From Candidatus Eiseniibacteriota bacterium (lineage in GTDB: Bacteria > Eisenbacteria > RBG-16-71-46): a stretch of 64,000 nucleotides of DNA. The stretch is taken from assembly GCA_963717505.1 (NCBI GenBank), contig OY970342.1, forward strand, positions 3,808,001-3,872,000, written 5' to 3'. How positions within the stretch are numbered: the first letter of the stretch is position 1; every line of letters begins with the position of its first letter. The position numbers and the translations under genes are program-made. Of the stretch, positions 56,821 to 64,000 are shown piece after piece. The notes beneath the pieces were generated by a model. It was not told where the DNA came from, ran no database searches, and was given only the letters and a program-made list of their open reading frames with translations.

Positions 56821-57821
56821 CTAGGCGGATTCCACGATGCTGGAATCGCCGAGGCTCATGCGTTGAAAGCGGCCTTTGACCACGGTGTTCTCGCCGACCA
56901 CCGAGTGCTCGAGCAGCGAGTCCTCGACGGTGGCGTGTTCGTTCAGGATCGCGTCGCGCAGGATGGCGTTGCGCAGCGCGGGCGCTGCCGGCGATCGAGA
57001 CGTGCGGCCCGATGACGCTGCGCTCGACCACCGCGCCCGGCGCAATCGCCACCGGCGGCACGATCACCGATCCGGGCAGGACCGGCCGCCCCCGGCCTTC
57101 GATCGAGCAGGATCCGGTTGGTTTCGAGCAGGGTTTCGATCTTGCCGCAGTCGTACCAGCCTTCGACCGGGAATGTCCTCATGACCTCGCCGCGGTCGAC
57201 CATGAGCTGCATGCCGTCGGTGAGCTGGAATTCGCCACGGGTGCGCATGTTCCGCGCGACTGCAGCTCGCGCAGCGCCGCGAACAGCGGTTGCGGCCGGA
57301 GGAAGTAGTAGAGCCCGGTGATCGCCAGATTCGAGGTCGGATGCTCGGGCTTCTCGATCATGCGCGAGACGCGACCGGCGCCGTTGGTCTCGACGATGCC
57401 GAAACGCCGCGGGTCCGTCGACCTCCTTGACCCCGATCGCGCTGGTTTCGCCGCGCCAGCACGCGATCCGAGATCGACGTCGAAGATGGTGTCGCCCAGG
57501 ATCACCAGCACCGGCTCGTCGCCGATGTGCGGTTCGGCGAGCCCGACCGCGTGCCCGAGGCCGAGGCGCTTCCGGCTGATCGACGTAGCGAACGTCGAGA
57601 TTCGGGTAGGCGTTCGCGACGAACTCGCGCACGCGGTCGCCCAGGTAGCCGACGATCAGCACCGCGCGCGTGATGCCGAGCCCCGGCAGCTGGTCGAGGA
57701 TGTGGGCCAGGATCGGCTTGCCGGCGACGTGGAGCAGCACCTTGGGCTGCGTGTGCGTGTGCGGGCGCAGGCGCGTGCCGACTCCCGCCACTGGAATGAT
57801 CGCCGTGGCGGCCGCGGTCAT
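56821..57821 (-). CDS. Sugar-1-phosphate nucleotidyltransferase with LbH C-terminus (frameshifted)
   Basis: [49 protein letters not shown]. Confidence 0.9.
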
Positions 57822-57846
57822 CGTCGAGCCTGTTTCAACTCGGTCA

Positions 57847-58923
57847 TCAGGACTTTCTGGATTGTGCGAGCCGCGACTTGAACCAGTCGATCGAGGCGAT
57901 CGGGGTCGGGTCCGCGCCCCCGAGCAGCGCCAGGTACAGGCTGAGATAGTCGCCGAACTGGGCCAGAGCGGCCGTGCGGGTGATGCGGGTTCCCTTCCGT
58001 TCCTCGAGTTCGAACACTAGGGCCCCCCGGCCGCGAACGTATTCGGCGGTCAGGGCGAGACGCGTCCGCACCTCGGCGGGATCTTCCGGATCGTGAAGCA
58101 TCAGCACTGCCGCGTTGCGATTCCACGCGGCCGGGCGCTTCCCAGCCGACGATTTCGTTGTGATTCAGCTCAGGCACGAGCGCCGAATGGGCGAGCAGTT
58201 TAGCATTTTCGTTGATCTGGTTTCGAATCCGGGTCGCCAAGCCGGCGAGCCTTGCCGAGCCGGCATACAGGAAGACGCGGCCGGCCGTTGAGGGCGCGCG
58301 CCATCTGCTTGGCCGGATTGCCGGACTCCGGCGCGCGTGCGCCCAGACGTCTCGCGCCGCTCGGCCAGCCGCGCGCGCGCCTCCCGCCACGCCGGATCGG
58401 GATCGGCGACCCACTCGAGCGCGTGCACCAGCTGCGTCAGCCGGACCCACGAGGCGTACATCGCCGCGCGCGGCGGCGAGCCGGCCGGGAGTTTCACCCA
58501 CGGCACGCCATCGCGATCGCATGCTTCGACAATTCACCGCCGGTGGTGAGCGCCAGGCGCGGGATCGCGCGCCGGCCCGCCTCGGCGTAGAGCGCGAGCG
58601 TCTCCTCGGTGTTGCCCGAGTACGAGGCGAGCAGCGCCAGCGACCGCGGGCCAACGCAGGCCGGCCAGTGGTACTCCCGCACCGCGATCAGCGGCCGCGG
58701 CAGGCGATCGACGAACAATTCCGCGGTCAGATCGGCGGTGATCGCCGAGCCGCCGAGTGCCCCGACCGCGAGCAGGTCCGGGCTGGTGACCGGAGGCCGC
58801 CACGGATCGGCGACGCCCGCCTCGAGTGCGGCGCTCGATCTGCTCCGGGATCGCATCGATCCGCGCGGCCATGCCGCCGGCATCCCGTTCCCCGTAGGGA
58901 GGTTCCAATCCGACGGTCTTCAT
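57847..58923 (-). CDS. Bifunctional phosphoglucose/phosphomannose isomerase (SIS family), frameshifted
   Basis: GALGGSAI, SYSGNTEET, TTGGEL, QINENAK, PELNHNEIVGW, GDYLSLYLA...DPTP. Confidence 0.88.
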
Positions 58924-58925
58924 TC

Positions 58926-60680
58926 TCAACGGTCTCCGAGCAGGAAGTCGGGCAGCAGCCCGTCGACGCGCGAGCACAGCAGATCGCGCACACCGGCCGC
59001 CGAAGACATGCCGAGGGCGGCACCCGCGATCGCCCGCGCGTCGTCATAGCGCACGCTGCGGATCGCAGCCTTGACCCGCGGCAGGTCGAAGCAGGCCATG
59101 CTCAGCTCGTCGACGCCGAGCCCGACCAGCAGCACCGCGGTCCGCGGATCGCCGGCCATCTCGCCGCACACGCCGACCCAGCGGCCCGCCGCGTGCCCGG
59201 CCACGACCGTGTGGTGGATGCTGCGCAGGATCGCCGGCGATCAAGCGGCTCGTAGAGGTGCGCCAGTCGCTCGTTGTCGCGGTCCATCGCCAGCGTGTAC
59301 TGGGTGAGGTCGTTGGTGCCGATCGACAGGAACTTGGCATGGCGCGCGAGCACGTCGGCCATCCACACCGCACTCGGCGTCTCGACCATGACACCGATTT
59401 CGAGATCGGGATCGTGGCGCAGTCCATCGCGCGTAAGCCCGGCGACGGCTTCGGCGCAGATCGCCAGGGCGCGGGTCAGCTCCTCTTCGCTCGAGACCAT
59501 CGGGAACATCAGGCGGACGCGTCCGTGCGCGCTCGGCCCGGTAGATGGCGCGGAGCTGCGTGCGGAACAGCTCGGGATGGTGGAGCGCGAAGCGGATGCC
59601 GCGCCAGCCGAGGAAGGGATTGGTCTCGTGCGTCATGCCCAGGTACGAGGCCACCTTGTCGCCGCCCAGATCCATGGTGCGGAAGATCACCGGCCGCGGC
59701 GCCACCGCTCGGCCACCGCGCGGTAGGCGACGTATTGCTCTTCCTCGTCGGGCAGCTCGAGCCGGTTCAGGTAGAAGAACTCGGTGCGGAACAGGCCGAT
59801 GCTGTCGGCGCCCGAGCGCCGAACACCCTCGGCGTCTTCCGGCAGCTCGATGTTGGCGCCCAGATCGATCCGGCGACCGTCGGCGGTCACCGCTGGCTCA
59901 CTCTCGATCGCCGCAAGGGCCGCGCGTTCCTGATTCAACTTCTCGCCGCGGGCGCGGAAGTAGGCGGCGGTCTCGGCGTCGGGATTGATCTCGACCGCGC
60001 CCGAGTAACCGTCCACCGCGCCGATGTCCCCGGTCTTCACCTGCTGCAGGATGCCGCGCACGCTCACGACCGCAGGGATGCCGCGACCGCGCGCGACGAT
60101 CGCGCTGTGCGACGTGCGGCCGCCGACTTCGGTGACGAAGCCGAGCACGTGCTCGCGGTCGAGCAGTCGCCACTTCGCTCGGCACCGAGGTCGTGCGCGA
60201 CGATGATCGAGGGCTCGCTCCAGGCGCAGGCGGCGCCCCTGTCCGTCGCCGGCCAGGTGACGCAGCACGCGTCGCTCCACGTCGAGGACGTCGGTGCGAC
60301 GCTCGCGCAGGTACTCGTCCTCGAGGCCGCTTCGAGTCGGGCCGCGACTCCGCCCATGTGCGCGCGGAACACCGCCGCCGGCGAGCGCCGGTCGCGACGA
60401 ACGCCCTGCTCGACCGCCTCGGCCAGCTCGGGGTCGTCGAGAATCATCAGGTGGGCGTCGTAGATCCGGGCTTCGTCCTCGCCGAGTTCGGCGGCGATGC
60501 CGTCGCGGATCTGTTGCAGGTCGCGGCGCGACGCCTCGAGCGCCGACTGGAAGCGGCCGATCTCCTCCTCGACCCGTTCGGCGGCACCGCGGTGTCCCGG
60601 ACCTGCAGCTCCTCGCGCTCGAGGCGAACGATCCGACCGAGCCCGATCCCCGGCGCGGCGGCAATCCCCTGGAACTTCAC
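58926..60680 (-). CDS. ptsI: PTS enzyme I (frameshifted)
   Basis: [71 protein letters not shown]. Confidence 0.94.
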
Positions 60681-60946
60681 GGCTCCCCCCCGAACTTGCC
60701 GTTGACCAGCTCGGCGAGCGCGGCGATCGCCTGCTCTTCGTCGGGGCCCTCGGCGCGCACCAGGATGGTGCTGCCCTCCTCGGCCGCGAGCATCATCACG
60801 CCCATGATGCTCTTGCCGTTGACCTCGAGATCGTCGCGGCTGACGATGATGTGCGACTGGAAGCGAGCCGCGGCCTTGACGAACAGCGCGCAGGCGCGAG
60901 CGTGGAGGCCGAGCTGGTTGCGGATCATGAGTTCGGCCTGCTTCAT
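60677..60946 (-). CDS. ptsH: Phosphocarrier protein HPr
   Basis: GLHARA (His15) and NGKSIMGVMML (Ser46). Confidence 0.95.
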   Translation of the reverse strand: MKQAELMIRNQLGLHARACALFVKAAARFQSHIIVSRDDLEVNGKSIMGVMMLAAEEGSTILVRAEGPDEEQAIAALAELVNGKFGGEP

Positions 60947-61690
60947 GGCCGCCAGGCCGCGACCAGCGCCAGCCCGCCGACCGCCAGCGCCCAGTGGGTC
61001 GGCGAGGGCCGGTCGCGCAGGGCGACGACCAGCCCGGCAGCGAGTCCGGCGGCGAACAGGAGCGGCGAGCGCACGCTGCCGCTGACCGCGGGCTCGAGCT
61101 GGATCGCTGCCAGGAGTCCGATGACCGCGGCCCCGAGCACGCTCCACCAGGCCACGAGCCGTTCGAAATAGGCCCGGCGCTCCGCGTCGAGCACCGCCGG
61201 CCCTTGATTCCAGCCCCAACCGACGCCGAGCCCGCGCACGCCGAGGTGGACGACGTTGTAGGTCACGAGCAGGACCGCGGCCCCGAGCGCCGTCGGGCGC
61301 ACCGCGAACAGGACGCCGAGACAGGCCGCGAGCGGGCGCAGCGTGAACCAGAACGGCGGTCGCCGAGTGCGGCCAGCGACGCAGCCGAGCACGCTCTTGA
61401 TCCGCTCGATCGCAGCGGCATCCGGCGCACCGTTCTGCGCGCGCTCGCTCTTCGAGTCGGGCCACGGCGCCCAGCGCCAACGAGGCCATCGTCGGCTGCG
61501 TGTTGAAGTAGGCGGTGTGCTCGGCCAGCCGCTGGCAGCGTTCGCGCGAGTCCGGAAGGAGACGTTCGAGCACCGGCTCCAGCGACCAGGCCCAGCCGAG
61601 CCCCTGCTGGCGCTCGTAGTTCCAGGTGGCCTGGAGCACGCAGACCCGCAGGGCCATGCGAATCTGGTCGAGAATCCCCAGCCGGTTCAT
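60943..61690 (-). CDS. PTS mannose/fructose/sorbose family IID component (frameshifted)
   Basis: LQATWNYERQQGLG, HTAYFNTQP, FWFTLRP. Confidence 0.87.
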
Positions 61691-61691
61691 G

Positions 61692-62399
61692 TCAGGAACT
61701 CTCGATGACGAGCGCGAACCATCCCGCGAGCAGCGCGGCGCCGAACACCAGCACCCGCAGCAGGCGGCGTTGAATGAAGGCGTGCAGGAGCTGGGCGAGC
61801 CCGAGCCCGAACCACAGCGGCCGGGCGACGGCCCAGGCGCGAGTCAGCCAGAGCGACTCGTCGCGTGCGACCGACGAGAGGCCGAGAACGCCCACCCCCA
61901 GACAGGCAGCGCAGAACCCTACACCGATCGCGAACGCCAGGAAAACCGCGGCGCCGTTCGCCTGGCCGAGGGCGCGTTCGTGACCGGCGCGCAGTTCGGC
62001 CTCGCACCACCGCGCCAGCCCCTCGTGCCGCCGCCGCTGCCATTTGAGGAGCGGGACGCCCGCCTGAGCCGCGAGCAGGCCACCGAACACACCCAGCACC
62101 GCGCACCCGTCGCGCGCGAGCGCGAACGACTGGGCGTTCGCCAGCATCAGCGCCAGTCCCGCGCCGACCACGCCGCCGGTGGCGTAGTCCTCGGGCGTGC
62201 GCGCGCCGACCGGCATGGTGCTCGCCGCCAGGATCTGCAGCACCACCCCGACCGAGAGCGCCAGTTCGAGGTCGTCCCACAGGAATCCGAGGATCGTGGC
62301 GGTCACCAGCGGCGGCGAGAGCATGATCTGAGCGACCGGGACGGCGTCGAGGGCGGCGATGCCGCCGAGCAGGAGCGTCCCGAAGATGGGTCCGATCAC
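61692..62399 (-). CDS. PTS mannose-family IIC component
   Basis: ALDAVPVAQIMLSPPLVTATILG, PVGARTPED; multi-TM; operon position. Confidence 0.83.
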   Translation of the reverse strand: MIGPIFGTLLLGGIAALDAVPVAQIMLSPPLVTATILGFLWDDLELALSVGVVLQILAASTMPVGARTPEDYATGGVVGAGLALMLANAQSFALARDGCAVLGVFGGLLAAQAGVPLLKWQRRRHEGLARWCEAELRAGHERALGQANGAAVFLAFAIGVGFCAACLGVGVLGLSSVARDESLWLTRAWAVARPLWFGLGLAQLLHAFIQRRLLRVLVFGAALLAGWFALVIESS

Positions 62400-62888
62400 G
62401 AAACCGGAACCAGGGTCGGGTCGAGAGACGCCAGGGGACGCGGCGGTGCCGCGGGAACGTCCTGCACGTCGAGCTCGACACCCGCCCGGAGCAGGGCGCG
62501 CGCGGCCTCGCGGTCACGCTCGTCGAGATAGACGTACTCGTTCAGCTCGATCCTTGCCGGGCGCGTAGTGGAGCCCGCCGACGTTGAACGTGGCCACCCG
62601 GGCCCCCGCCTCGACCAGCGCCTGCGCGACCGGCAGCGAGCGCACCAGCAGGAACGCACCGCCCTCGGCGGCGGCTTCTTCGGCGTGGGCGGCCGCGGCC
62701 TCGGCGAGCGTGATCACGCGCACCTCGACGCCGGGGGCGGCGCTCGCCAGCAGGTCACGCTCCCAGTCGTTCGCCGCGGACGCGTCGTCGACCACCCAGA
62801 TGCGCTTGGGGTTCAATCGCTGGCCCCAGGCCACCACCACCTGGCCGTGGATCAGCCGATCGTCGATGCGGTGGAGCGCCCAGCTCAT
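62396..62888 (-). CDS. PTS mannose/sorbose-family IIB component (frameshifted)
   Basis: HRIDDRLIHGQV, NVGGLH, QDVP. Confidence 0.9.
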
Positions 62889-63279
62889 GCGGCCGGGCCG
62901 CGCTGCAGGCGGACGCTCTCCTGCCCCTTCATGCGCAGGCGCTCGGCCAGCTCGTGCACCGAGTACTGGTCGCGGTTGTGGAGGTAGTCGAGCAGCATCG
63001 GCAGGTTGACGCCCGGTGAGAACCACGACCTCGCGGCCGCGCGCGGCACGACATGCCGCAGGTGAAGCAGGAGCCGCCCCAGAAGTCGATGAGCACGAGC
63101 CCGCCGGCGGGCCAGCGCTCGACCCGCGCCGCGATCTCGCGCTCGAGATTCTCCCGCGAGTAGCCGTCGTTCGACAGCCGGTCGACGTCCTCGACCGGCC
63201 CGTAGACCCGCTCGGCGGCGCGCAGCAGCGCCTCGGCGAGATCGGCGTGCGTGACCAGCAACGCGGGGACTCGGCTCAT
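62885..63279 (-). CDS. PTS mannose-family IIA component (frameshifted)
   Basis: LLVTHADLAEAL, LVLIDFWGGSC, TGVNLPML (manual read). Confidence 0.85.
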
Positions 63280-64000
63280 CACTCGGTGTCCTCGCGCACC
63301 CAGACGCGCGCGGCGCTCTTGCGCTTCATCAGCTCGATCAGGTGCTGGTTCAGGCGCTCGGCCGGCGAATAGCCGCCGGTGACCTTGACCAGGTAGTTGA
63401 GCGCGATGACCTCGGCGATCACGGTGATGTTCTTGCCGGGCGTGATCGGGACCTGCGACCAGCGGGATCTCGACCCCGAGGATGTCGACCGTCTTGCTCG
63501 TCGAGCCCGACGCGCTCGTAGTCGTCGGTCGCTCGGACCACTCGTGCAGGTTGACCTGGACCTCGACCCGCTTCTGCAGGCGGATCGAGCGGATCCCGAA
63601 GATCGACTGGACGTCGATGATGCCGAGGCCGCGGATCTCCATGTGGTGGCGCAGGAGCTGGTTGCCGGTGCCGATCAGCACGTCGCCGTGGCGCCGCGTG
63701 ATGGTCACGACGTCGTCGGCCACCAGCCGATGTCCGCGCTCGACCAGATCGAGCGCGCATCTCCGACTTGCCGATCGCCGCTGCGCCCGGTGAACAGCAG
63801 CCCGCACGCCGTAGACGTCGACCAGCGAGCCGTGCACCGTGGTCTGCGGCGCGAACATGTGGTCGAGGTAGAGCGTCAGCGAGTGGATGAACGGCGTCGT
63901 GCTCTGGGTGGTGCGCAGCACCGGCACCTGGCACTCGTTGGCGCGCTGGATCAGGTAGGGCGGCACCTCGAGACCCTTGCACACGACGATCAGCGGCATC
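63279..64000 (-). CDS. hprK: HPr kinase/phosphorylase, 5' end outside the window (frameshifted)
   Basis: TVHGSLVDVYGV, IGKSE, LDLVERGHRLVADD, HHMEIRGLGII. Confidence 0.94.

Overview
High-GC chromosomal window from a diderm bacterium. The gene set (PorV/PorQ-like and GWxTD proteins, FlgD-Ig/CTD-like tails, HPrK with a mannose-family PTS) suggests an FCB-related lineage such as Candidatus Eisenbacteria, but this is inference only. Most of the window is housekeeping: tol-pal, tRNA-Leu/secG/tpiA/pgk/gap, mpg, PMM/PGM, prfB (real programmed frameshift site), coaE, polA, nadD, bamD, rimO, ftsK, an acyl-CoA dehydrogenase, a divergent membrane pyrophosphatase, three M16 peptidase genes, three DinB genes, hinT, ahcY, a vapBC pair, metK, and an hprK-IIA-IIB-IIC-IID-HPr-EI-PGI/PMI-nucleotidyltransferase operon. 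Many conserved genes are broken by 1-nt indels that look like consensus or polishing errors, so their coordinates are approximate. The best candidate for an uncharacterised system is the co-oriented cassette at about 8.1-16.4 kb: TonB-dependent-receptor-like barrel, large secreted protein with Ca-binding motifs and a T9SS-CTD-like tail, PorV-like barrel, and a GWxTD-variant protein. Tandem sigma70 promoters and another beta-barrel gene lie upstream of it. No rRNA, CRISPR array, transposase or integrase was seen.
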